A stretch of 64,000 nt of DNA from Squalus acanthias (taxonomy: Eukaryota). Both the position numbers and the translations under genes were made by a program. Below the pieces are notes generated by a model. The model saw nothing but the letters and a program-made list of their open reading frames with translations, was not told the DNA's origin and searched no databases. Location of the stretch: contig CM059438.1 in the NCBI GenBank assembly GCA_030390025.1, forward strand, positions 65,660,001 to 65,724,000, written 5' to 3'. Positions 36,745 through 47,368 of this stretch are shown here, piece after piece; position 1 is the first letter of the stretch; each line of letters begins with the position of its first letter.

Positions 36745-37962
36745 TGTAGGGGGTGGTGGTTTTGTGTCAGCTTTATCTCGTATGCGGTAGAGGACTTCAC
36801 CTGGGTCTCTGGTCAGTCTTCGCGAGTCCGCTGATGCGGTAGGATGTCGTTATGGATTTATCTGGTGAGTACCCAATTTCTTTAGTTGAGCAGTAGGGCT
36901 TAGAGTCTTTGGGAAAAATCTTACCCAGGTGTAAGTCAGGAGTAGTTTGTCGTGTGGAAACTTTGTGATTCTTCGGGTTTTCTTCCCTGGAGTTGGTCTT
37001 TGTTGGTCGCGGTGGCCTGCGATTACCCGGTCAGTTGGGGGTAATGCGCGGTTGTTGGTTTTGTGAGTCCTTTGGTTTCCGAGATGGCTTTAGGCCTTGG
37101 TTGGTGTGTCGGTCGACCTCGTGGAGCCGTCGGCGACTTGTTGCTGCTTGTTGCTCCGGGTGACTGTGTTGGGGCCGTTGTTGGGGGTCCGTCGAGGTGG
37201 TGACTTCGCGAGCTGGACTCAGGTGTGTCTGAGCGGTGAGCGATGCTGACTCGCTTCCAGCTCGGGTCTTCTTCTTCTTGGTCTCTCCTCCTTCTGATGA
37301 CCACCGGTTGCGACTGACTGCTCGACCCAACGAACGCCGAACTGTGTTGCTTCTCTCCTCTTCTAGCTAGCTCCTTCTCTTGGTATGTGCTTGGTGGGCC
37401 TTCAATTATACAGAATTGAAGTGGCCTTATCTACCCGCCAAATCTGTTCAGTTCATTGTCTAGTTTTGGCGGGCTCGTAAATCGGTAATGATTTACTAGC
37501 ACGTTAACTGGGTTTTAACAGGCCTTCAATCTGACCCATTGAATATGGCCTTATCTACCCGCCAAATCTGTTCAGGTCATTGTCTGAATTTGGCGGGCCT
37601 GCTACCAGTAACTGCTCTGTAAGTGTCAAATGGGTTTTTGGGATGGTTTGCATCCTGTCGATCTTATTGGCTGATTGCTGGTGATTGGTTTTGTGTTTTG
37701 GGTTCCTAGGCTGATCTATAGCCTAGTCCTGGGTGCTCTGTATTATGCATGTTTCTTGATGGGCCCTGTAATCAGGTTGATGGGATCTATTGTTTTGGGT
37801 GGGACTGTCTTCTCCTAGGGTCTATTGTCAAAATGTTAATGCGTGCTGGGGCTTTGAGTGAGATCATCCCGGTTCCCCAGACAATGCAATTAACTGCAAT
37901 ACCCAAAACTGCTTTTACAGAGGTTGAACCCAACTTCCTTCACAGCCTTTTCTCCCTTTACA
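36745..37962 (-). repeat. 5' LTR of the provirus (~1.2 kb)
   Basis: TGTA...TACA termini (tgtagggg at 36745, ccctttaca ending 37962). Inner end lies 3 nt from a PBS. TATA-like TATAAT at 37410-37405. Outer end inferred without a second LTR. Confidence 0.7.
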
Positions 37963-39049
37963 GGCCCAGACATGTTTTTTTTTAATGCCAAAACTTGGTT
38001 TTTTGGTCTTAAATTCCTTATGTTAGGCCCAAATGCATTTTTATCACTCTGAGGTAGTTCCAAAGTCCTTTTTCCTTAGGTTTTGGAGATCTGTAAATTT
38101 TGGAAACCTTACACCCCAGACTAAAACTTTCACGAACATTGTCACTGCCTCCGTTCCCTCCCCCTCCCCCAAGAGCCAGATGGTATTTTTGTTCCCATTG
38201 AGACCTCCTCAAAACGGTTTCATTTTCCAGAAACAAATAGTAAAATCTCCCAGGATTCGGTTGTGCAGCTTAGCTTTCTGTCCATCCCTAATCAATCCGT
38301 GAACCATTTCATTCACTGGTTACTACGCCAACTTGTCAAACGAGGCACGGATAAACTGTTCCAGATATTAAATTGGCAGAATGTAGTTTTACAACATCTG
38401 ACAAATTCTTCTCTTTGAAGTGGCAATATTCTTTTCCCTTGACCTTTTCCAGGGCATGTTCCAGGATTGGAAAACTCCATTTACTGACTCCCCCGAGGAA
38501 AGACTCTTGTTTAGCTTTAGCAAAGATAGATAAACCGCAAAGTAACTGGACAGCTCTCAAATTGTATTGCTGCTTTTATCTCTCCATATCTAATCCTTTG
38601 TTGTTTAATTTCCCACTTTCTTGGTTTTTATTGAGCCTGTGTAGCCTTACTCTAGGGTTATTCCAGCAGTCTATTTTATACTATTCTACAATTCATTTCT
38701 TCTAATTTAAGGTTATCAACCCTCAGTTTAAGTTTGTTTTTTGAGTGGATTGTCTCGAAATCTCCGAAATAATACCACAAACCAGCTCCAGTTCTGTGTC
38801 CTATCAAAAGATAATTATAGATCCAGGAAGTCAGTTGGCCCATTTTATGTCACCCATCCTTTTTAGAAAAACCTTGAATCCCCTTAAACACAACATCCAA
38901 CTGCTTCTTAAATGACGCCAAGGTTTTTGCTTCAATTACCCAATCCATACGTCCATTTCAAGCCTTGGAAGAACTTTCTGACATCAGTCCTGAAATTTGT
39001 CTTTCACCAGTTTGAGTCTGTGCCCTCTTTCAAGGCTAAAAATTCCAAC

Positions 39050-40371
39050 GAGGAAAAATTTGTGTGGCGCAACACCAGCAGGTGTCGCTGAAGTGCCGTT
39101 GACAGCTGTAACGACAGCTGATACTGGTTCCAGCACCGCATGCCATATCGGTGAGATCGGCAACACTGCCAGTAAACCCTAGCACCAGGGAGCTCGCCAT
39201 CATGGAGATCGTGACGTCAGTGAGTGTGCAACGCTCATTGGACGCCCGATCTCCAACATTGGATTTAGCCACCTACCTTAACAGCAGCACAGAACAACGA
39301 CAGGGAGAGCTGGTGTCTACAAGCAAAAAGCAGGCTGCAGCAGTGTTATTTAAAGGCACCATCCACAATCAGCTGTACCTGACAGGGTTTTGCAGTTTCA
39401 GTGCCTGTTTGCTATTTCCTGCAACTGAAACAGCTCTCTTTAGTTATTTCAAGACTTTTTTGGTGACAGGAAGTGTTGATTCAAGTGCAGAGGTCACTCA
39501 TTATTTGTTCAAGGCTTCTGCTCACAGCACTTCTTCACAGTCATGGGGGCTGCGGCATTGTGGCATTACCTCAGGAGGACGACAAGGCAGAGGAGGACAA
39601 GGAGGAAGAGAACGAGATGGAGGAGGGTGAGGAGGAAGAGGACGAGGAGGAGGAGGAACAGGAGGGAGGGAAGAGGCAGCGAGACAATCGGCCTTCCGGA
39701 CGGGCTGTCCGTGATCAGCTCATCAGACTCTGATTCGCATGAATGAAACCCCAGATCCCCGTAGCTCACCACATCCTCATCATACCATCCATGTCTCATG
39801 CCATATCACAGCATCCTCCTGGGCACAAAGGTGAAATTAGAGACACCACAAAATATTCCAAACACCATTAATAAATTTATCTATAAACATATCATACATA
39901 TCACATGAATTCTAATAATTAATGACCTTTGTGCCTGTCATAGTTGAATAGCTGTCACTGTGTGCAAGGTGTGAGATGTGGGTGTGAGTGTTGCGAGGTA
40001 CAGATTGTTGGTGGGTGAGTGCTGAGGGTGTGGTACAATGAGCATTTGTTGAAGCCTTCACTCACCCTAACCACCCGTGTGAGTTCATTAAACTCTCACT
40101 GGGGCGGCGATCTGCCATCAGCATTTGTAAATGAGTGCCACTTCTCTTTGTCCTTCTTCTTATGGTTGTTGAGGCAGCTGTACACCCAGCAATGCTGAGA
40201 ATGAGGTGCTGCAGTATCAATGGACCTCCCCTTTAAGTAGTGAAAAAAGCCTGTGGGAATCATTACTTGCAGAAGGATTAGTGGTGCCGCGCCCAGGCGA
40301 TAGGGGTTTTGCGGCCCATTAGCGCCCCGGGGGTGCTAACAGGAGGCGCAAAGCAACCCAATTTTTCCCCC
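39050..40371 (+). mobile_element. Non-autonomous Harbinger deletion derivative retaining the transposase acidic C-terminus
   Basis: TIR-like ends (gaggaaaaatt / aatttttccccc). 39560-39740 encodes EEE...PSGRAVRDQLIRL, matching the end of the 44850 transposase ([15 protein letters not shown]). Confidence 0.75.
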
Positions 40372-40548
40372 AATATACCCACCATATTGGTTTGCAGACC
40401 ATCTAACCTACAGAGGTCCCCATAAAACCTCAGTACCCAATTGGGCATCGAGTTCTTTGTCTCGACTTCGAGATGAAGATCCTCCCTCCAGGAGGGGTCT
40501 TCACAATCATTACACATGCTTTATTGTTTATACGTTTTGAAGACCTAC

Positions 40549-40621
40549 CCATCGGAATTTCTCTTATCTCCCTTGTCCCTACCCTCCTTAGTTTGGAGTC
40601 AGACATGCCATTCTTGGCCAT
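40549..40621 (-). CDS. Candidate first coding exon: MAKNGMSDSKLRRVGTREIREIPM
   Basis: ATG to donor TGG|GTAGGT (phase 1), in unique sequence. Confidence 0.25.
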
Positions 40622-41017
40622 CAGATGTTCGTAACTGCTTGTTATCAGTTCATGTTCATGCTGTTCATGCAGCTTTAGCTATGCAAAACTAACTATTTCA
40701 TGATCAGAATATTGTACCATGGAATGAATCATTAAATTCCCAAAGATATCTTCTATTCTATTCTCATACACTGGTTAACTTATGCATTTTAAAGCAGTTT
40801 TGTTAAACAACGTCAAAATCCGAACTTAGCATTATAATATGGTTATTACCAGTAATGGAAGAAATATAGTTGTTGGGCCTTGTTTGTTTAAATTAAAGAT
40901 ACATAAAACAACCTTCCTAGAACATAAACAGCAGACAGCTAGCCTGGAAAGAAAGTCATATGTGATCGTCACAGTGCAAAATGTTATAACATCCGCAGGA
41001 AACCAAAAGCAGCAAAC

Positions 41018-43748
41018 CTGAGGATTGGGAGCAGTTTAGGATTTAGCAAAGGAGGACAAAGGGATTAATTAAGAGGGGGAAAATAGAATATGAGAGTAAG
41101 CTTGCAGGGAACATAAAAACTGACTGAAAAAGCTTCTGTAGATATGTGACGAGAAAAAGATTGGTGAAGTCAAGCGAAGGTCCCTTGCAGTCAGAATCAG
41201 GGGAATTTATAATGGGGAACAAAGAAATGACAGACCAATTAAATACATACTTTGGTTCTGTCTTCACAAAGGAGGACACAAATAACCTCCCAGAGATGTC
41301 GGGGAACATAGGGTCTAATGAGAGGGAGGAATTGAATGAAATCAGTATTTGTAGGGAAATGGTGTTAGGGAAATTGACGGGATTGAAGGCCGATAATTCC
41401 CCAGGGCCTGATAATCTACATCCTAGGGTACTTAAGGAAGTGGCGCTAGAAATAGTAGATGCTTTGCTGGTCATCTTCCAAAATTCTATAGACTCTGGAA
41501 CAGTTCCCATGGATTGGAGGGTAGCTAATGTAACCCCACTATTTAAAAAAGGTGGTAGAGAGAAAACGGGGAATTATAGACCGGTAAGCCAGACATCGGT
41601 AGTGGGGAAAATGCTAGAGTCCATTATAAAAGATGTAATAGCAGAGCACTTGGAAAACAGTGACAAGATCGGACAAAGTCAACATGGATTACAAAAGGTA
41701 AATCATGCTTGACTAATCTGCTGGAATTTTTTGAGGATGTAACTGATAGAATAGATAAGGGAGAACCAGTGGATGTGGTGTATTTGGACTTTCAGAAGGC
41801 TTTCGATAAGGTCCCGCATAAGAGATTAGAGTGCAAAGTTAAAGCACATGGGATTTGGGGTAAGGTACTGACTTGGATAGAGAACTGGTTGGCAGACAGG
41901 AAGCAAAGAGTTGGAATAAATGGGTCTTTTTACGAGTGGCAGGCAGTGACTAGTGGGGTACCGCAGGGATCGGTGCTAGGACCCCAGCTATTCACAATGG
42001 CCCAGAAATTTGACTCGGAGGCTTGCCGCGGGGGTAAGGATTGCGCGCGATCTTACCTACCGCGCCTGCCGTTGTGTTTCGGGCCCACATGAACTTCAGG
42101 GTCCTGGGCCTCTCCCTGGTGCCGGCGCGCAGTGTGTGCGTGTCCCAGAGGCGCAGTTAGTTCGATGCAACCTCTGGGATCACGTGGGCCATGGAGAGCC
42201 AATGGCAGCGCACCATCTTTCATCCATAGATTTGACAGGAGAACTGTCAAATCTATGAATACAAATTGCCCCCAACAGAACAGCTAAACCTCAAATAATT
42301 TTTTTTAAAAACCATCACATTAATAAAATAACTATAGTTAAATAAATTAACCACTTTAAACAAAAATTTTAATTTTTGAAAAAATTTAAATTCTTTTTAA
42401 AAGTTATAAAAATAAACTTACCTTTCTTTAAAGTCTCTAAAAAAGATAAACCTGTTGAAAAAAATTTAAAATAATACTTAATTAACTACTTACCTTGTTA
42501 AAAGGGGGTCTTACGCCTCCTTTTTCATGTGTAAAATCTTCCATCCTTACCTTCGCGTTGAAACCTGAAAAAAAACCTAAGTGTGCTGCATGCGCACAGC
42601 CTGTAGTGTGCACGCGGTTCACTTAGGAACCGCCCCCTTAGCCATACCGGAAGTGCCGGTTTCCCACGCATGCGCACTGCATGCAGGAAAGCGGCACTTC
42701 GGGACCGAATACGGGTGAGTACACAGTGCGTACTCTCCGGTATTCGGCCGAATTTTTGGGCCAATATATATTAATGATCGAGACAAGGGACCTAGATGTA
42801 ATATCTCCAAGTTTACAGACGACACAAAGCTGGGTGCGTGTGTGTGCTGTGAGGAGGATGCAAAGAAAGTTCAGTATGATTTGGACAGGTTGGGTGATCG
42901 GGCAGATGCATGGCAGATGCAGTATAATGTGGATAAATGCGAGGTTATCCACTTTGGTGGCAAAAACAGGAAGACAGATTATTATCTGAACGGCAATAGA
43001 TTGGGAAAAGGGGACGTGCAACAAGACTTGGGTGTCCTTGTGCACCAGTCACTGAAGGTAAGCATGCAGGTGCAGCAGGCGGTTAAGAAGGCAAATGGTA
43101 TGTTGGCCTTCATAGCGAGAGGATTCGAGTACAGGAGCAAGGATGTCTTGCTGCAGTTGTACAGGGCCTTGGTGAGACCACACCTTGAGTATTGTGTGAA
43201 GGTTTGGTCGCCTTATCCGAGGAAGGATATTCTTGCCATGGAGGGAGTGCAGCGAAGATTCACCAGACTGATACCTGGGATGGCAGGAATGACGTATGAA
43301 GAGAGATTGGGTCGATTAGGCTTATATTCGCTAAAGTTTAGAAGAATGAGAGGGGATCTCATTGAAACTTATAAAATTCTAACAGGACTAGACAGACTAG
43401 ATGCAGGAAGGATGTTCCTGATGGCGGGGGAATCCAGAACCAGGGGTCACAGTCTAAGGATAAGGGGTAAGCCATTTAGGACTGAGATGAGGAGGAATTT
43501 CTTCACCCCTGAGTGGTGAACCTGTGGAATTCTCTACCACAGAAGGCAGTTGAGGCCAATTCATTAAATATATTCAAGAAGGAGTTAGATATATTTCTTA
43601 AGGCTAAAGGGATCAAGGGATATGGGGAGAAAGCAGGGACAGGGTACTGAATTTGGATGATCAGCCATGATCTCATTGAATGGCGGAGCAGACTCGAGGG
43701 GCCGAATGGCCTACTCCTGCTCCTATCTTCTATGATTCTATGTTTCTA
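41018..43748 (+). mobile_element. CR1 LINE, 5'-truncated (ORF2 RT region), interrupted by a MITE
   Basis: [57 protein letters not shown]. 3' UTR hairpin and (tatgtttc) tail. Confidence 0.95.
41999..42762 (-). mobile_element. MITE family A copy 5, inserted in a CR1 RT with AAT TSD
   Basis: TIR ggcccagaaattt / aatttttgggcc. AAT duplicated relative to the uninterrupted CR1 sequence (ttcacaatatatattaatgat, seen at ~55620-55650). Confidence 0.9.
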
Positions 43749-43889
43749 AACACAAGCATATTCTAAGCATCTATCTAATTATTCTAAGACTAGTCTAAAA
43801 ATACTTTTTGTCTCCAGTTCTAATACAATCATGTAAACACAGCATTTTTCGCGTCACAATTTTATCCGCATAATCATCTATATTTTTGA

Positions 43890-46513
43890 CACCCCAGATT
43901 TCTAACAACGCGGAGATGATAGGTGCAATGGCAAGGGTGCTCGAGAGCCTCTCGGCAATGATAAGGAGTGTGGAGGAGTCCGCCTCCAAAATTGCACAAG
44001 GCACACACCAAGGAGCCCATCATTTCCAGTCTGCAAAGGTTGGTAGATTCCCAGAGAGACTGTGGCAACCCAGACCTGATGCCACGTGTGATGGGCGATC
44101 TGGCAGCTTCCATTGCAGCACAGGCAGAAGCGAAGCAACGTCTTCATGCTATAATGCAGTCTATGCTTGGTGACATCCAATCTCAGACTGCTCTCATGCA
44201 GTCTCAGCTTGATGCCACACAAGCTCTGACTGCTGCCATCGTGGCTGGGTCTACATCCATCAACCAGGGCTTTCACGGTGTCGCAGCAGGCCAGCAATCT
44301 GTGCTCCAACAGATTGCTAGGGATGCTGAGGTGCTGCCCTGGGAAAGTGGCAGTGGGTCAGTGGAGCAGGAACCTGCTGTCCTCTCTCAGGATGACAGCA
44401 TTCCTGCTCCCACCACTGCCACTCCGCCATTGCCCTTGTCGTTGCCTGTCATCCAGCCAGCCCAGACTGCTGCCGCCCATGCTGAGGAGGTGCAGTCTAC
44501 AGCCGGGCCTTCCGGCCTAGAGCTGGTCAAGGGCACCTGCAAGGCCACCTGAAGTCTCCCGCACAGACACTCAGCAGCCTTCCACCAGCCGAGCTGCAGC
44601 CACTGGGCCGACACTTCGTAGGAGCACCAGAGTAGGCAAAGGCACAGTAACGAGAGGCACTAAGGGATTGCACAAGGGTGAATAGTTAATATTTTTGTTG
44701 TAAATATGTGTTCACTGATTTTTGATAAATGTATTAATTCAGTTTGGATTCTTTTGTCATGTGTTTCATTTCAACTTTGCGCTGTGATATGGCCTGCGAC
44801 AGGGATGGAATGATGGGATGTGGTGAGCAATGGGGATCTGGGGTTTAATTCATTTGAACCGCAGTCTGATGAGGCGGACACGGACCGCCCTTCCAGAAGG
44901 CCAGTTGAGTGGCTGCCTCCTCCCTCGCTCCTGTTCCTCCTCTTCCTCTTCCTCCTCCTCGTCCTCCTCTCCCTCTTCCTCCTGAGGTGGTCTCACAATC
45001 TCTGGTGGCAAAGGCTGGGCCCTCAGGATGGCCAAGTTGTGGAGCATGCAGCAGACCACCACGAAATGGGACACCCACTCAGCCGAGTACTGGCGGGCTC
45101 CTCCAGAGCGGTCAAGGCAGCGGAACCGTTGCTTCAGCAGGCCGATGGTCTGCTCGATGATATTCCTGGTGGCAGCATGGCTCTCATTGTATGAGTGCTG
45201 GGCAGGAGTGTTGGGGTTGCGGATGGGAGTCATGAGCCAGGTGGAGAGCGGATAGCCCTTGTCTCCGACCAGCTAGCCGCGAGCTTGATATGATGGCTGG
45301 AAGAGAGCTGGCACACCGATCTAGCACAGGATGAAGGCATTGTGCCTGCTGCCAGGATATCCGGCATTGACGGTGAGGATTCGCTGTCTGTGGTCGCACA
45401 CCAACTGCACATTAAGTGAGTGGTAGCCTTTGCAGTTACGGAAGATCTCAGGATTGTTATACGGTGCCTGCAAAGCCATGTGGGAGCAGTCAATGGTGTC
45501 CTGCACCATGGGGAATCCCGCTATCCTGGCAAAGCCACATGCACACTCATCCTGCTTCTCTCTGGTGATGGGAAAGGAAATGTAGTCCCTTCTCCTACTG
45601 TAGAGAGCCTCTGTGACCTCTCGGATGCAGCAATGGACGGCGAACTGCGAGATGTTAGCTATGTCTCCTGTTGCAGACTGGAAGGATCTGCTGGTGAAGA
45701 AATTGAGGGCAACAGTGACCTTGACTGCCACTGGGAGAGCCATGGTCGCCCTGATCTGAGGCTGGAGATATGGTTGCAGGAGGTGGCAGAGTTCTGTGAC
45801 CACCTTCTTTGTGAGGCGGAACCTTCTAATACACTGCTCCTTGCTTAATTGGAAGTAGGAGAAGTGCTCTCCGAATACTCTCGGATGGTAAGGCCTTCTA
45901 TTGAGAGCCCTGATGGCCCTCTTCCTCCCTCTGGGCACATGTTCCAGTCTTTCTCGCTGCCTCCACCGTAGATCCTGGAGGGTGAGGTCAACTACCAGTA
46001 CAGCCTCCATTAATGTAACCAGGTGTAGCAGTTTGATTTTTTAAAGAATAAATGTAGCTACTTTTTAGTTGCCACAACACTCCTGATACTAAATAACCTT
46101 AAAATTACAGAATGAGACTGTTGGACGATGTGAAACTGACAAGAAAGCATTGAAACTCCACTAACCTACAGCTGAGACTCATTACTGATGACCCCTTTAA
46201 ATAACATCCCTGGAGCCGGCTTCCAGGTGCTTCACGCCAGCTCTCCCTGTCGTTGTTTACTCCAGGCACTAAGTTAGGTTGCGACAATCAATTTTGCAGA
46301 TTGGGCGGCCAGTGAGCATTGTGTACTCACTGACGTCACGATCAACCTGGTGTTGAGGCTCCCGGCGATAACTGTTAGCGGCAGCGCTGCGGGGTGCGGG
46401 TGGCAGGATTTGGTGGGCGGAGTTGGATTTGCATCACCAATAATACTGTAGCGCCCCGTTAGTGCCATCTGCTGGCACTAACGGGAGACGCTAAGGTGCC
46501 GAATGTTTCCCCC
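43890..46513. mobile_element. Harbinger DNA transposon remnant: transposase (-) convergent with last exon of the second (Myb/SANT-associated) gene (+, ~43897-44690)
   Basis: Tail-to-tail two-gene layout. Palindromic subterminal end finishing ...gtttccccc at 46513. Left part truncated. Myb domain itself not seen. Confidence 0.75.
44850..46010 (-). pseudogene. PIF/Harbinger (HARBI1-like) DDE transposase, decayed
   Basis: FRLTK, ALNFF..SFQ, ISQ, GFPMVQDTIDCSH, KGYHSLNVQLVCD, YPGSRHN (D>N), [38 protein letters not shown], acidic tail. Stops and frameshifts present. Confidence 0.92.
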
Positions 46514-46709
46514 AGGTATCAGTCTCGTGGCTCTTCTCTGTACTTCCCCTGGGCTGAATGGTTCATTTCCCAGTGACCAGAAGATGCAGCCTAACCAAAC
46601 ACTGTGGATTGGCAGCAGGACATGCTCCAACTTATATTGTGTGGAGGCATTAGTTGTTGAAGTTTTCAATTAATTTATATCAGCGGCAAAGTGAGTCTCA
46701 GAATACACT

Positions 46710-47368
46710 GGGGGGAATTTCAACCATCCCACGATGGATGGGAGAGGGTCGTGGGTGGGGCTAAAATGACAAAAATGTGAAACCAAATCCCAACCCACCG
46801 TGAACGCACCTAATTCAGGTTTAACCACTCAGGTTTGGAGGCGTCTGAGTAACCCACCCTGGAGAGGCGGGTCAGTGATTATAATATGTTAATGTGGCTC
46901 TGTTCCTCAGATTTTGGCAGCCATTTGAATTTAACGCTGGCTGGCCGGGTTTCCCAGGGCTCGGGAAACCGGGCAGCTAAAGGGAGGCTGGAGCGGACAG
47001 ATCCAGCCAGCAAGTGCTTTTTATAGCACTGTTTGCGTGCCAGGAGGAGCAGGAGTGCTCCACCCAGCCCCTCAGGCTAATCTTCTGGTGTGATCAGCTG
47101 ACCCCACCCCTTCCAACCCCACGATCTCCCGGTCCCCCCTCCCTCCCAATTGTCAGTCCAACTCACACCCCTCCCCCCGCCCCACCACCAGCACATGATG
47201 TTTTTGGATGGCCAGGGACCGTCTCCAAATGTCAATCTGGCCAGCTGACGGTTGGAGACCGGAGTAAAAAAATGATGAGTTCCTGCTTTTAAATTTGTCA
47301 CGACCTCAGCATTTCTGGGTTTTCCCCCTGCAAAGACGTGCCCCCACCTCTCCATAAATATCAGGGCC
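46710..47368. mobile_element. MITE-like element (related left end also at ~9270-9520)
   Basis: Starts gggggaatttcaacc and ends aatatcagggcc. Imperfect TIR. Confidence 0.5.

Larger units (their letters stand above)
30620..37962 (-). mobile_element. Endogenous retrovirus-like provirus (lokiretrovirus/spuma-like, dual RNase H), 3'-truncated and decayed
   Basis: Order on minus strand is LTR-PBS-gag-PR-RT-tether-RNaseH-IN. Several stops and frameshifts. No matching 3' LTR or env in window. Left boundary approximate. Confidence 0.9.

Noticed and set aside
31063..36790. Many + strand ORFs antisense to the provirus
   Set aside because: Shadow frames of GC-rich coding sequence with no motifs.
37397..37598. 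Palindromic direct repeats as a CRISPR-like array
   Set aside because: Only two units, inside a eukaryotic LTR, with no cas genes.
39473..39799. Poly-Glu ORF as a host acidic protein
   Set aside because: Matches the Harbinger transposase C-terminal tail inside a deletion derivative.
44850..46010. Domesticated HARBI1 gene
   Set aside because: Stops and frameshifts, a D>N change in the PGSxHD motif, and transposon termini and second gene still attached.
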